Source: an uncultured Bacilli bacterium
Lineage (GTDB): Bacteria > Bacillota_I > Bacilli_A > RF39 > UBA660
Assembly (NCBI GenBank): GCA_934100165.1
Contig: CAKOPN010000001.1
Span: forward strand, 30,279 to 94,278
Direction: 5' to 3'
DNA: 64,000 nt
Within the stretch, counting starts at the first letter, position 1, and each line of letters opens with the position of its first letter. A model generated the notes under the pieces. It worked only from the letters and a program-made list of their open reading frames with translations. It was not told where the DNA came from and did no database searches. This document shows, piece by piece, positions 14,255 to 25,190 of this stretch. A program made the translations under genes and the position numbers.

Positions 14255-15202
14255 ATGAAAAATTTAATGAAAATTTTCTCAGTAATGTTGATCGTGTGTT
14301 TAATTGCAACAATTATCACTGGTTGTACAAGTTCACTGACAGATCCGGATGGATTAGCATCCAAATTTATAAACTTTTTAATATGCAATGCAATGCCAAT
14401 AGCAACGATTTCTGCTTGTTCAATAACACTAGAAAGGAAAAATGAAGGCTTGTTTTTAAGATTTTGTTTAGGATTTACATTACTTATAGTACTTTTATCA
14501 ATTGTTGCAATTTTTGTTCCAATAAATGATATAAATCCAACACTAGGAAATATATGTAACCAAACATACGCCCTACTATCACAATTCAACATATACATCT
14601 TAGCATATTCGCTACTAAGCATAGTAAAGCCAAACAACCAGCTTACCAATGTAATTAAAACTATTGCCTTAGCAATTATAATATTCAACATTGTAATAAA
14701 TGTTTGGGTTTTAATTAAAGAAAGAATGATACAAGATTTACCTCTACCATATAAAACATATGGATTCAACTTTGCTTTCTCAATGGATGAAACACTTAAT
14801 ATCTCAATGAAAGTAATGCTATGTTCTATATTTACAGAAATAATAGCCATAATACTTACATACATTACTAACTATGCATTTGAAAGTGAAACAATGGAAG
14901 GCGATGTAATGAGTTATGAAGAGTTAAAAAAGCAAGCCGAAATAATTACTCAAAATCAAATAGATAATATTTACAAGCCAAAAGAAAAAGAGGAAATAAT
15001 CGACAGAAGTGTATCTGAAAAAACTGGTCTTATGAACATAAATAATCAGCTAGGCGCAAATAGTAACGTTGGCGTTGGAACAAATAGTAATATGCAAGCC
15101 AAAGTTATTGATAGAGAAATTCCTACATCACAAGGTCCAGTATTAAACAGTAGTTTAAATCAAACACAAAACAATATAACAAATAACCAAAATCAAAAAT
15201 AG
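14255..15202 (+). CDS. Hypothetical membrane lipoprotein: signal peptide with lipobox ITGC, several TM helices, N/Q-rich C-terminal tail
   Basis: RBS gaggat upstream of the ATG at 14255. Lipobox. Intrinsic terminator agaccgtaatggtcttttttt at 15201-15221. Confidence 0.55.
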   Translation: MKNLMKIFSVMLIVCLIATIITGCTSSLTDPDGLASKFINFLICNAMPIATISACSITLERKNEGLFLRFCLGFTLLIVLLSIVAIFVPINDINPTLGNICNQTYALLSQFNIYILAYSLLSIVKPNNQLTNVIKTIALAIIIFNIVINVWVLIKERMIQDLPLPYKTYGFNFAFSMDETLNISMKVMLCSIFTEIIAIILTYITNYAFESETMEGDVMSYEELKKQAEIITQNQIDNIYKPKEKEEIIDRSVSEKTGLMNINNQLGANSNVGVGTNSNMQAKVIDREIPTSQGPVLNSSLNQTQNNITNNQNQK

Positions 15203-15239
15203 ACCGTAATGGTCTTTTTTTATAGCAAGAAAAAAAGGA

Positions 15240-15917
15240 TTATTCATCCTTTACTACGATATTATATATTTCTTCATTTATATCTTCTATAGAACGAAGT
15301 TCATTGTTTTTGATACATTCTATTTTGTCCCAATTATAAAGTTCGGATAATTCTATATAAGCATTCTCTGCATTTTTCAAATGTTCAGGGCATTTTTCAT
15401 ACTCATCAAGTGACTTCCTGTTTTTACTAAGTTCTTTAGAAAAATCATATGGTACATGCAAAAATATTGTTTTATCAGGTTTTGGTAATTCTAAAAGCCA
15501 ATACTCAAGTTTATCTATCCATTGATACATATAAAATCTTTCATCTTTATCTTTTATTTTACAACCTTGATGTGCTAAATTACTAGTAACATATCTGTCT
15601 AATATTACATAATAACCCTTATTTACATATTCCCAAACTTTTCCTATGTTATATTTCCTATCAGCAGCATAATATAAAGAGGCAATCTTAGGATCTAGAT
15701 TTACAGCATCGTCAAAGTAGCTAGCACAAATTTCTTCCTTTCCTAAGTATGGCCCACCAACTATTCTACCAGTTGGAGTATCATAGCAAGGAAAACTTAT
15801 TGATACACATTTAATACCATTTTTATTAAGTTTGTCAACAAGCATTTTTGATTGTGTAGCTTTACCAGAACAGTCCGTTCCTTCTATAACTATAATTTTT
15901 CCTTTTTTCTCTTCCAT
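15240..15917 (-). CDS. tmk: Thymidylate kinase-like P-loop kinase
   Basis: P-loop IEGTDCSGKATQ and DRY-like lid region. Immediately downstream of the thyX-like gene. Confidence 0.7.
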   Translation of the reverse strand: MEEKKGKIIVIEGTDCSGKATQSKMLVDKLNKNGIKCVSISFPCYDTPTGRIVGGPYLGKEEICASYFDDAVNLDPKIASLYYAADRKYNIGKVWEYVNKGYYVILDRYVTSNLAHQGCKIKDKDERFYMYQWIDKLEYWLLELPKPDKTIFLHVPYDFSKELSKNRKSLDEYEKCPEHLKNAENAYIELSELYNWDKIECIKNNELRSIEDINEEIYNIVVKDE

Positions 15918-15918
15918 A

Positions 15919-17349
15919 CTATTTTCCTTCTTTCTTAGTATCTAATTGTTTTTTTAAAACCTTACCGCAAGATTCTCTTCCTTCTGGGCAATAACCAAAA
16001 ACATCGCAAGTAGCGCCAAGACCACTTCCCACAACAGGAGCAACCTTTCTAACCTCATCACACATACCATTAGCAATTTTTCTTATTGCTGGTTGAGCTT
16101 TATTACAGCATCTCATTCTACTAATCCAAGTAAGACTTCTTCCATTCATGTTAGTCAAAACATTGCATTTATTAGCAGCTTGATAAAAATATACTAGATC
16201 ATTATCATTAACACCTTGTTCTTTAAAATAATCACGTAATTTTCTATTTTCATTAAACAATTCATCATATTTAGCTTTTTGTTCTTCGTTTATTGTAGGT
16301 GGAACATCATAATTTTTTAGATCCCATAAAGGTACAAAATCTGGTGTTAACAAAGACTGCATTCTGTGTCTCTCAAGATGAGTTCTTACTGCAAGCGGAA
16401 TTGGAATATCAAATCTAAAATTAGCTTGTTCTAATTCTCTTTGTTCTGGGTTATCAAGTATTGCTTTGATAAGTTTATTTTTAAATTCAGGATCGTCTTT
16501 TGTACATCTGTCAAGTATTTCTTTAGCCTTTTCAAAAGATACTTGATATCTTTGCTGTATAGCAGACGTTAATACAGCTACATCTGGATTTTCAGTATAA
16601 CTTACTAGCTTAACCGTGTCATGAATATCAACATTCTCTAATTGCTTACTATCTACATAAGAATCTAAAAATTCTAAGTTATCACTACCATCTTTTGGCT
16701 CTTTTCTTACTTTATCACTCATATATGGTATTTTTTCATCAATGATTTTTAAGAACTCCTCACCAAGATCATGTGCTTCCTTAATTTTACTAACTTTACC
16801 ATATAAAAGATATCTTGTAAGTTTAGTAAATGAGTTAGCATCCATTCCCATAATAAGATTACTATTAAAACAGTATGGAAGAACAAATCTAGCATTTTCA
16901 AGTTTCATGCCACTATCAACAAGTTCTCCATAAAAATCAAAAAGTTTTTGCATGTGTTCAGTATACATGCTCTTTAATTTTTCATTATCTTTATGAATAT
17001 TTCCGTCATTATCACGAAACTCTGGTACATAAAAACCATTAGTTCTAAAATCAACTTCTCTTCTTGATTTAACTGTAAAAGATGCAAGTCGTGAACCAAT
17101 TAAAATATGTTCAAGTATTGGTGTCACATCATCGATAGCAACAGACACATAATCATGTTCCGCAATAGAACAGTGTCCCATATCAATGACTCTTTTAGCA
17201 AACTTTCCATTTTTTAAAGGGTCAACACAAGATTCATAAACCTCATGTGCTTTTCCACTTGTTCTTGAAATTTTTCCTGCTGCTGCTACTTTTTTAGTCC
17301 TTAAATTAACATCTTCTTCAGTGTTATTTCCTAAATATTCAACTCTCAT
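15919..17349 (-). CDS. thyX: Long (476 aa) flavin-dependent thymidylate synthase ThyX-like protein with two Thy1-like half-motifs and a Cys-rich C-terminal tail
   Basis: N-terminal HCSIAEH...LIGSRLASFTVKSRR resembles the ThyX HxSxxEH...RHRxxSxxxSxR core. A second intact RHR motif (LERHRMQS) lies at about residue 325. The C-terminus has CCNK...C...C...C...C. Confidence 0.55.
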   Translation of the reverse strand: MRVEYLGNNTEEDVNLRTKKVAAAGKISRTSGKAHEVYESCVDPLKNGKFAKRVIDMGHCSIAEHDYVSVAIDDVTPILEHILIGSRLASFTVKSRREVDFRTNGFYVPEFRDNDGNIHKDNEKLKSMYTEHMQKLFDFYGELVDSGMKLENARFVLPYCFNSNLIMGMDANSFTKLTRYLLYGKVSKIKEAHDLGEEFLKIIDEKIPYMSDKVRKEPKDGSDNLEFLDSYVDSKQLENVDIHDTVKLVSYTENPDVAVLTSAIQQRYQVSFEKAKEILDRCTKDDPEFKNKLIKAILDNPEQRELEQANFRFDIPIPLAVRTHLERHRMQSLLTPDFVPLWDLKNYDVPPTINEEQKAKYDELFNENRKLRDYFKEQGVNDNDLVYFYQAANKCNVLTNMNGRSLTWISRMRCCNKAQPAIRKIANGMCDEVRKVAPVVGSGLGATCDVFGYCPEGRESCGKVLKKQLDTKKEGK

Positions 17350-17381
17350 TATATTACCTCTTTATTTTTTTATATTTTAAA

Positions 17382-17990
17382 CTAGTTTTCCTTTGATTCA
17401 TCTATTACATTATTGTCAGCATCAAATTCTAAGTTTATAAATCTTCTACTTGCTAAATAATCACACATATGAACAAACTTTTCCATAGGAGCTTTAGGGA
17501 TAGGTAAAACTACTGCGTTATAGCTATTTGTATTCCAAGGTCCCATGTGACTTGCAACCATCGAACAAATTTTCTGAACGTCTTCGTCACTCATTTGCAA
17601 ATTATCTCTAAGTTCTCTAACATATTCACTAATTAAAATAGGATGATCAAACTTTGTATATTTATCTGTTTTAACCTTTCCATATTTAAGACCATCATGT
17701 ATTAAAAGTGCAATAATAATTAAATCTTTATCTCTATCACTATAAGGTTTACCTATAATTGGATTGCTAAGAAGTTCTACTGCCATTTTAACTGCTGCTT
17801 TAACATGTCTTGCAAGCCCTTTATCTCCTGCTGCATATTTTGGATGATATTTCCCAGTAGATGATGCATCAACTTCAAAAAAGTAATCTGGAAGACTTCC
17901 TATCAAAAACTTAGCATCTTCTCTTAAAATATCATCATGTATATAATTTATTTCTTTATTAAATAATTTAATTTTCTCTGCTTTCTCCAT
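17382..17990 (-). CDS. HD-domain phosphohydrolase
   Basis: H...HD signature (LLIHDGLKYG) and a downstream His/Asp. Confidence 0.6.
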   Translation of the reverse strand: MEKAEKIKLFNKEINYIHDDILREDAKFLIGSLPDYFFEVDASSTGKYHPKYAAGDKGLARHVKAAVKMAVELLSNPIIGKPYSDRDKDLIIIALLIHDGLKYGKVKTDKYTKFDHPILISEYVRELRDNLQMSDEDVQKICSMVASHMGPWNTNSYNAVVLPIPKAPMEKFVHMCDYLASRRFINLEFDADNNVIDESKEN

Positions 17991-19083
17991 AAATACTGCC
18001 TCCTACAAAATTTACTAGTATGCTATTAGATACATATAAATTATACTCATTTATATATACATTTTCCTTACCGTCTACTAATAATTTTTTATCTACCAAA
18101 TCAATTATATCAAAAACATCACTTATAGCCAAAGAATATTTTTGATAAAATTTTTCTTTACTAACTCCTTCAATCTTACGAAGCCCTAAAATCATTTCAT
18201 ATTCCATAGCAAGTTCTTTGGTAATAGTTTCTTCATCTCTTCTATATTCATTGTTTAAATATTTTGTGATACTTCTAGTATTTGAATACCTAATATCAGA
18301 AATATAACCGCTAGCACCAAGTCCAAATCCATAGTATTCATCATTATCCCAATATACCAAATTATGTTTTGACTGAAAGCCATCTTTAGCAAAGTTACTT
18401 ATTTCATAATGGACATATCCACTTTTTTTAAGGTTTTCAATTATAGTTTCATACATCATTCGATCAAGTTCTTGTGAAATAGAAGTTATTCCATCTATAA
18501 AAAGTTTAGTATGCTCTTCTATTATTAAGGAATATATAGAAATATGAGTCGGATTAAGATTCAAAACAAAATTTATGTCGCAAATTAAATCAGAAATTGT
18601 CTCAGAAGGAAATGCATACATTAAATCAATATTTAAGTTAGAAAAATATTTTTTAGCCAGATTTATTTTGTCTACAACTTCTTCTTTAGTATGTACTCTT
18701 CCTAAAAGTTTAAGAAATTTGTCATTAACTGTTTCAACGCCTATACTTAATCTGTTTACACCTAGGCTTTTAAATATTTTAAGTTTTTCTTCTGTAATAT
18801 CATTTATGTTTGCTTCTATGGTAAATTCATAGTTTTTTTCAAACTTAAAAAGCTTAACAATTTTAAAAAGTTTTTCAAAGTTTGTATTACTTAAGGTGCT
18901 TGGAGTTCCTCCCCCAATGTAAAGAGTATTTAGCTTTTCACCATTATAATTATCTTTACACTCTAAAAAAAGAGCATCTAAATACTTATCTGCTACTTTT
19001 TCATCATAATACATCTTACAAAAATCACAATAACTACAAATACTTCTGCAAAAAGGGATATGAATATAAACACTTTTAGCCAT
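17968..19083 (-). CDS. hemW: Radical SAM heme chaperone HemW (HemN-like). Start at MAKSVYIHIPFC, ATG at 19083
   Basis: CxxxCxxC motif (FCRSICSYCDFC). HemN C-terminal domain. RBS ggatagga upstream. Confidence 0.85.
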   Translation of the reverse strand: MAKSVYIHIPFCRSICSYCDFCKMYYDEKVADKYLDALFLECKDNYNGEKLNTLYIGGGTPSTLSNTNFEKLFKIVKLFKFEKNYEFTIEANINDITEEKLKIFKSLGVNRLSIGVETVNDKFLKLLGRVHTKEEVVDKINLAKKYFSNLNIDLMYAFPSETISDLICDINFVLNLNPTHISIYSLIIEEHTKLFIDGITSISQELDRMMYETIIENLKKSGYVHYEISNFAKDGFQSKHNLVYWDNDEYYGFGLGASGYISDIRYSNTRSITKYLNNEYRRDEETITKELAMEYEMILGLRKIEGVSKEKFYQKYSLAISDVFDIIDLVDKKLLVDGKENVYINEYNLYVSNSILVNFVGGSIYGESREN

Positions 19084-19084
19084 A

Positions 19085-19537
19085 TTACTTTTTCCTATCC
19101 AAATTTGCTTGTGAATTTGCAAGTAAACGTGGTTTAATATCAGCATCATACTTAACTGGATCTAAAGCTTTTGCACGTCTATTTATGTCTCTATAAACAG
19201 TCCAAAAAGAAGTATCTGTTTTCTCAGCAATTTCTGCAATCGTAAGCCCACAAGAGAAAAGCTCGACATTTATTTCTACACGCATTCTTGTTTCTTCATC
19301 ATCAAGACTCTTAACAGTGTTAACATCAATAACATCAGTCAATGTATCAACTTCTTCCCTATTAAGTTTCATAAATCTATGACAGTAATCACTAACTGTA
19401 GCATTACTTATTGGAAAATATGTTCTACTAAAATAATCTGCAGTATCTCTTGTAGAACTTTTTGTATCTGCAACATACTTTCCAACAAGTATAACCCTTC
19501 TTTCTCTTTCCTCGTCTGATTCAACCTTTCTTGCCAT
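19085..19537 (-). CDS. Putative HTH DNA-binding protein (N-terminal SpoIIID-like segment plus C-terminal sigma-70 region-4-like HTH)
   Basis: RVILVGKYVADTKSSTRDTA resembles the SpoIIID N-terminus. GLTIAEIAEKTDTSFWTVYRDINRRAKAL resembles a region-4 HTH. Confidence 0.4.
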   Translation of the reverse strand: MARKVESDEERERRVILVGKYVADTKSSTRDTADYFSRTYFPISNATVSDYCHRFMKLNREEVDTLTDVIDVNTVKSLDDEETRMRVEINVELFSCGLTIAEIAEKTDTSFWTVYRDINRRAKALDPVKYDADIKPRLLANSQANLDRKK

Positions 19538-19538
19538 A

Positions 19539-20135
19539 TCAGCATTTACCTCCTATTTTTTTAATTTTTATTGGTCCTATATTTTTTGCTAAATATTCAA
19601 AGTCAACATTATCACCCATATTATTTGGAAAGCAATTACATGTAGAACCAGTAAAAGAATTATGTTCTTTAATACTTTTATTAAGTTCCTCAATCTCTCC
19701 AACATTGTAAGGTAAATAATGGTTACAATCCTTAGCAAGCACTAAAGTTTTGCCTAATGAATATACACACGATGTGTTTTTATCTATTAGGATAGGATTG
19801 TATTTAATATAGTAATCACCAACTTTTATTTCTTTACCACAAAAGTCACATTTTCTTGCCTTTTTACTCCTAATACAAGAAGAAGCAACAAGCACATCAA
19901 TAGAATCTTCTGGAAGTAAGCTTTTGCTTATAGTGTCATCACTTGATATCAAATAGTTCATAACTTCGTCATATATGTCATTAAGTGGTTTTTCCATATC
20001 TATTCTTATTTTGGGATAATAAGCTCCTAAAGTACTTACTGTATCATAATATTCCTTCAAAAGTTTAAGACGTATTTTAGCATCTTTAATCATTCTAATT
20101 TGTCTTGGGGACATACTTTCTAAAACCAATTGCAT
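19539..20135 (-). CDS. Hypothetical Cys-rich protein, translationally coupled to lepA (start/stop overlap at 20135)
   Basis: 198-aa ORF with CDFCGK and CNCF Cys pairs. No recognisable family. Confidence 0.45.
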   Translation of the reverse strand: MQLVLESMSPRQIRMIKDAKIRLKLLKEYYDTVSTLGAYYPKIRIDMEKPLNDIYDEVMNYLISSDDTISKSLLPEDSIDVLVASSCIRSKKARKCDFCGKEIKVGDYYIKYNPILIDKNTSCVYSLGKTLVLAKDCNHYLPYNVGEIEELNKSIKEHNSFTGSTCNCFPNNMGDNVDFEYLAKNIGPIKIKKIGGKC

Positions 20136-21940
20136 TATTCTTCATCCATAGATAAAACACTCATAAATGCCTCCTGTGGAAGCTCAACACTACCAACCTG
20201 TTTCATCCTTTTCTTTCCTTCTTTTTGCTTTTCAAGTAACTTTCTTTTTCTAGTTATATCCCCACCATAACATTTAGCAAGTACATCTTTTCTAAGTGCT
20301 TTAACTGTTTCTCTTGCAATAACATGATTACCAAGAGAAGCTTGTATCGGTACTTCAAAAAGCTGTCTTGGAATAGACTTTCTAAGGCTTTCAACAATTG
20401 CGCGTCCCCTTTGATATGCAAAATCCTTATGTACAATTATACTAAGTGCATCAATAACTTCACCATTAAGAAGTATATCCATCTTAACTAAATCACTTGG
20501 TTTATATCCGATAAAGTCATAATCAAATGATGCATAACCTTTCGTATAAGATTTAAGTTTATCAAAAAAATCATACACAATTTCAGAAAGAGGTATTTCA
20601 TAATGAATATTAACTCTAGTTGGGTCAATATATTCCATATTTACATAATTACCTCTTTTATTTTGACAAAGCTCCATAATTGGTCCTATATACTCACTAG
20701 GTGTAAAAATATTTGTTTTTATATAAGGTTCACGTACTTCTTTTAAAAGAGTTTTGTCAGGAAGCTTATTTGGAGAATCTACAAATATAACATCACCGTT
20801 AGTAAGATACGCCTCATACACTACTGATGGTGCTGTTGTAATAACGTCAATATTAAACTCACGCATGATTCTTTCTTTTATTATGTCCAAATGTAAAAGT
20901 CCCAAAAATCCGCATCTAAAACCAAACCCAAGTGCAGTAGAAGTTTCCGGTTCAAAGACAAGTGATGCATCATTTAATTTTAATTTGCTAAGTGCTTCTC
21001 TTAAATCTTCAAACTTACTAGACTCAATAGGGAAAATACCACAAAATACCATAGATTTCATTGGTTTATATCCAGGAAGAGGTTCTTTTGCTTCGTTACC
21101 TAAAGCAGTAACAGTATCCCCTACTAATACATCTGATATATCTTTAATACTAGCAGAGATAAAGCCAACTTCACCAGCCTTTAATTCTTCTTTTTTAACC
21201 TCTTTTGGTGTATTGACAGTTAAATCAGTAACTTCATATGTCGCACCAGTTTCCATCATTTTTATAACATCTTTAACTTTAAGAACACCATTTACAATAC
21301 GAACAGAAATTACAACACCACGATAAGGATCAAAAATACTATCGAAAATAAGAGCTTGCAAAGGCTCTGAGTAATCTCCTTTTGGAGGAGGTATTAACTC
21401 TACTATCTTATCAAGTAATTTATCAACACCCTCACCTGTCTTAGCACTCGTAAGGACTATATCTTCGTCTTTGAAGCCAATTAAATCCATAAGTTCTTTT
21501 TTTACTTTAGGTATGTCAGCATTAGGAAGATCTATTTTATTTATAACCGGTATTATAACAAGATCATTTTCAAGTGCTAAATAAAGGTTAGCAAGTGTCT
21601 GAGCTTCTATTCCTTGTGCAGCATCAACAACAAGTATTGCACCTTCACAAGAAGCAAGACTACGTGAGACTTCATAAGAAAAATCAACATGTCCTGGTGT
21701 ATCTATTAAATTAAGATTATATTCTTCATTTTTATAATGATAAGTTAATGATGCAGTATTAAGTTTTATTGTAATACCACGTTCTCTTTCAATATCCATG
21801 CTATCTAAAAGCTGTGCTTTAGCTTCCCTTTTACTAACTGCATTAGTAAGTTCAAGAATACGATCTGCCAAAGTACTTTTACCATGATCTATATGTGCTA
21901 TTATTGAAAAATTTCTTATGTGTAACATGTCCATATTCAT
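20135..21940 (-). CDS. lepA: Elongation factor 4 (LepA). The first ATG candidates are at 21940, 21934 and 21928; the track start at 21946 is a TTG
   Basis: [24 protein letters not shown]-domain and LepA C-terminal domain. Confidence 0.95.
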   Translation of the reverse strand: MNMDMLHIRNFSIIAHIDHGKSTLADRILELTNAVSKREAKAQLLDSMDIERERGITIKLNTASLTYHYKNEEYNLNLIDTPGHVDFSYEVSRSLASCEGAILVVDAAQGIEAQTLANLYLALENDLVIIPVINKIDLPNADIPKVKKELMDLIGFKDEDIVLTSAKTGEGVDKLLDKIVELIPPPKGDYSEPLQALIFDSIFDPYRGVVISVRIVNGVLKVKDVIKMMETGATYEVTDLTVNTPKEVKKEELKAGEVGFISASIKDISDVLVGDTVTALGNEAKEPLPGYKPMKSMVFCGIFPIESSKFEDLREALSKLKLNDASLVFEPETSTALGFGFRCGFLGLLHLDIIKERIMREFNIDVITTAPSVVYEAYLTNGDVIFVDSPNKLPDKTLLKEVREPYIKTNIFTPSEYIGPIMELCQNKRGNYVNMEYIDPTRVNIHYEIPLSEIVYDFFDKLKSYTKGYASFDYDFIGYKPSDLVKMDILLNGEVIDALSIIVHKDFAYQRGRAIVESLRKSIPRQLFEVPIQASLGNHVIARETVKALRKDVLAKCYGGDITRKRKLLEKQKEGKKRMKQVGSVELPQEAFMSVLSMDEE

Positions 21941-22050
21941 CACCAATAATTATTATAAATGCAATAAATAGATATAGTCAATGTAAAACAAAAGATATTG
22001 ATTAAATACTCTTTTAATAGTAAAATATTACTAGTAAAGGTTAAGAAAAT

Positions 22051-22278
22051 ATGAAAAAACTACTAATCAAATGTATTAAATTATATCAAAAAATACCTTT
22101 TAAGAGTCATAGCTATTGTAAATTTCAACCAACCTGTTCAAACTATGCAATAATGGCTCTTAATGAATATGGAACAATTAAAGGTTCTTACCTTTCTATA
22201 AAAAGAATATTAAGGTGTAATCCATTTAACAAAAAATGTGGTTATGATCCCTTACCAATGAAGGAGAAAAAAATATGA
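22051..22278 (+). CDS. yidD: Membrane protein insertion efficiency factor YidD
   Basis: [10 protein letters not shown]...[21 protein letters not shown] matches the YidD/DUF37 signature. Confidence 0.8.
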   Translation: MKKLLIKCIKLYQKIPFKSHSYCKFQPTCSNYAIMALNEYGTIKGSYLSIKRILRCNPFNKKCGYDPLPMKEKKI

Positions 22279-23147
22279 AAAAATTAAAATTATTAACACT
22301 CTTTATCGCTGTTTTATTTATTTTTACCGGATGTAATATTTTTAAAATGGATACTATGGAGGGAATAGACATTATAACAACTAATTACTCGCTAGAATTT
22401 ATAACAAAAAGCTTATATGGAAAACACGCAATAATAAATTCTATTTATCCAGATGGAACAGATACTAAAAACTATACAATCAATGATAAAATGTTAGACA
22501 ATTATAGTAAAGAGGATTTGTTTATTTATGCTAGCTATGGTGATGATAAAGATATAGCAGTATCTCTTCTAAATAGAAACAAAAAGCTTTTAATAATTGA
22601 TGGAAGTCTAGGAATGAGTCCAGATTATTTAGAAGAACTTTGGCTTGATCCATCAAACCTACTAATGGTTGCACAAAATATAAAGAATGGTTTAACAGAA
22701 TACATAAATAGTAATTATTTAATAAAAGAAGTTGAAGCAAACTATGACGACTTAAAATTAAAATTATCAGAACTTGATGCTGAAATAAAGTTAACTGCAG
22801 AGAACGCTACTTCAAAAACTATTGTAAGTGCAACTAAATCATTAAATTATTTAAAGAAGTATGGATTTGACGTTATATCGTTAGATGATGATAATACTTC
22901 TATTGAAAAATCCTTAAAAGAAGTAAATGACATGATTAAAAACAGTTCAATAAAATATATTTATACATTAGAAAATACAACTGATAATGATACAGTTAAA
23001 AGTATTCTTGAAAATAACTCAAGTGTTGAAGAAATAAAGTTAAAAAGATTAGACAGTATAACAACAGATGAAAGAAACGCTAATGAAGATTACTTCTTTT
23101 TAATGAATTACAATATAGAACAATTGAAGAAAGAAACTTATAAATAA
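22275..23147 (+). CDS. Lipoprotein of the TroA/ZnuA solute-binding fold that lacks the canonical metal-ligand histidines. Overlaps yidD by 4 nt
   Basis: Lipobox [13 protein letters not shown] is equivalent to the DPHxWLxP motif but with no His. Overall about 290-aa SBP architecture. No ABC partners nearby. Confidence 0.5.
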   Translation: MKKLKLLTLFIAVLFIFTGCNIFKMDTMEGIDIITTNYSLEFITKSLYGKHAIINSIYPDGTDTKNYTINDKMLDNYSKEDLFIYASYGDDKDIAVSLLNRNKKLLIIDGSLGMSPDYLEELWLDPSNLLMVAQNIKNGLTEYINSNYLIKEVEANYDDLKLKLSELDAEIKLTAENATSKTIVSATKSLNYLKKYGFDVISLDDDNTSIEKSLKEVNDMIKNSSIKYIYTLENTTDNDTVKSILENNSSVEEIKLKRLDSITTDERNANEDYFFLMNYNIEQLKKETYK

Positions 23148-23204
23148 TAAATAAAAAGACTTACATTCAAGTTCGCGTAAGTCTTTTTTATTTGGCTAAA
23201 TATT

Positions 23205-25181
23205 TTATTTTAATAATTTTTCTATGTCTTTTGTTATTTTATTTACAGTAAATCCATATTTTCTTAGAACATCTTCTCTTTTACCACTAGCTCCAAAAGT
23301 ATCAATAGTAAACAAATAATCATCGTTTTTAACATATTTATACCAAGAAAGTGATGATGATGCTTCTATTACAAATGTCTTAACAGAAGCTGGTAAAATC
23401 TCTCTTTTATAACTTTCTTCATTTTTTTCAAACCTAGACATAGAAGGCATACTTACAACTCTAACACTGTACCCCTTCTCTAAAAGTGCATCATAAACTT
23501 TAATAGCAAGTTCTACTTCTTCTCCAGATGAAATAATAACTGCTTCCAAGTCCTTCTTCTCTTTCCTAACTATATATGCACCTTTAATAACATCACTACT
23601 GCTAGTATTTTCATCAATAGTTACTTTATTTCTACCAAGTACAATAGCTGCTGGCTTTCTAAGTTCTAAAACAGCTTTATAAGCACCTATTGTCTCATTA
23701 GCATCAGCAGGTCTATAAACATCAAAATTAGGCATACAACGAAGTGCAGCAAGTTGTTCAACAGGTTCATGTGTTGGTCCATCCTCCCCTACACTAATAG
23801 AATCGTGGGAGAAAACATATATAACTGGTAAATCCATAAGAGCACTAAGTCTTATTCCTGGTTTTAAAAAGTCAGAAAAAGCAAAGAATGTTGATACAAA
23901 TGGAGTAATGTTTGAAAGCGCCATTCCATTAGCAATTGAAGCCATAGCATTCTCTCTTACACCAAAATTGATATTTCGTCCATTAGGAGTTGATGCACTA
24001 AAATCTAATGTATTATTTATTCTAGCCATAGTAGATTTTGAAACATCCGCACTACCACCAAGTAAAAACGGATAAGTCTCTGCAACAGAGTTTATTATTT
24101 TTCCTGATACATTTCTAGTAGAATCTTTACCATCTGTAGGGTATACATAATTTATATTACTAATCTTTACAGGAAGTTTATTATTCATATACAAGTCAAA
24201 ATCTCTTCTTAGATTTTCATCCATAGAAAGAATCTTCTCATTCCAAGCAGTAATACAATCTTTATTACGCTCACAGATCCTTTCTCTCATTGCATCTTTT
24301 GCTTCCAAAGATATTGCAAAAGGTACTTCACGTAATCCAAGAGTATTTTTTATAGAAACAATATCCTCTTCATCAAGTGGACTACCATGTACCAAAGATG
24401 TACCTTGATTTTTGCTATATTTACCAATAGTAGTTTTAATTTCAATTAACGTAGGTTTATCGTTAGAATCAGACTTAGCTTTTTCTATAGCATCATTTAT
24501 GCCATCTAAATCTTCGCTATCAGAGACTAAAATATAATTCCAGTTCATAGATTCAAATCGTTCTTTAATATTTTCATCAAAAGAAGTTTTTAAAGCTCCA
24601 TCAAGAGTTACATTGTTTGAATCATAAAGCACTATAAGTTTATTTAATCCCAAATTACCAGCAATAGATGAAGCTTCATAGCTTACACCTTCCATAAGAT
24701 CACCATCGCCGCATAAAACATATGTGTAATGATTGATAATATCCTTTCCAAAGTATTGTCTTAAATAACACTCGCTAATCGCCATTCCAACACTAGTGGC
24801 AAACCCTTCACCAAGAGGGCCTGTTGTAACATCAACACCTTTTGTAACACCATATTCAGGATGCCCCGGAGTAAGAGAATCAAGAGTTCTAAACTTTTTA
24901 ATTTCATCAAAAGGAATGTCAAAACCAGCCATAAAAAGAGTTGCATACAAAAGCGCTGAACCATGACCACTTGACATAACAAATCTATCTCTGTCTACCC
25001 ACTTATCATTTTCAATATCAATTTTCATATGGTTAGCATAAAGAGTTGCAATTATTGGTGCTGCTCCTAAAACTATACCAGGATGACCACTTTTTGCTTC
25101 GTTTATCATATCAATTCCAAGTACTCTTATATTGTCAATAATTTTCTTTAAGTTAGTATCTTCTTCTTTCTTTGAAGCCAT
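23205..25181 (-). CDS. tkt: Transketolase
   Basis: Thiamine-diphosphate (TPP) binding motifs (GHPG, GDGDLMEG), 658 aa. Confidence 0.95.
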   Translation of the reverse strand: MASKKEEDTNLKKIIDNIRVLGIDMINEAKSGHPGIVLGAAPIIATLYANHMKIDIENDKWVDRDRFVMSSGHGSALLYATLFMAGFDIPFDEIKKFRTLDSLTPGHPEYGVTKGVDVTTGPLGEGFATSVGMAISECYLRQYFGKDIINHYTYVLCGDGDLMEGVSYEASSIAGNLGLNKLIVLYDSNNVTLDGALKTSFDENIKERFESMNWNYILVSDSEDLDGINDAIEKAKSDSNDKPTLIEIKTTIGKYSKNQGTSLVHGSPLDEEDIVSIKNTLGLREVPFAISLEAKDAMRERICERNKDCITAWNEKILSMDENLRRDFDLYMNNKLPVKISNINYVYPTDGKDSTRNVSGKIINSVAETYPFLLGGSADVSKSTMARINNTLDFSASTPNGRNINFGVRENAMASIANGMALSNITPFVSTFFAFSDFLKPGIRLSALMDLPVIYVFSHDSISVGEDGPTHEPVEQLAALRCMPNFDVYRPADANETIGAYKAVLELRKPAAIVLGRNKVTIDENTSSSDVIKGAYIVRKEKKDLEAVIISSGEEVELAIKVYDALLEKGYSVRVVSMPSMSRFEKNEESYKREILPASVKTFVIEASSSLSWYKYVKNDDYLFTIDTFGASGKREDVLRKYGFTVNKITKDIEKLLK

Positions 25182-25190
25182 AATTACCTC

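Noticed and set aside
14185-14865. 226-aa minus-strand ORF overlapping the plus-strand 14255-15202 gene
   Set aside because: It is entirely embedded antisense to an ORF that has an RBS, a lipobox signal peptide and its own terminator. Hydrophobic AT-rich shadow ORFs are common, and it would also run into the tgt promoter region.
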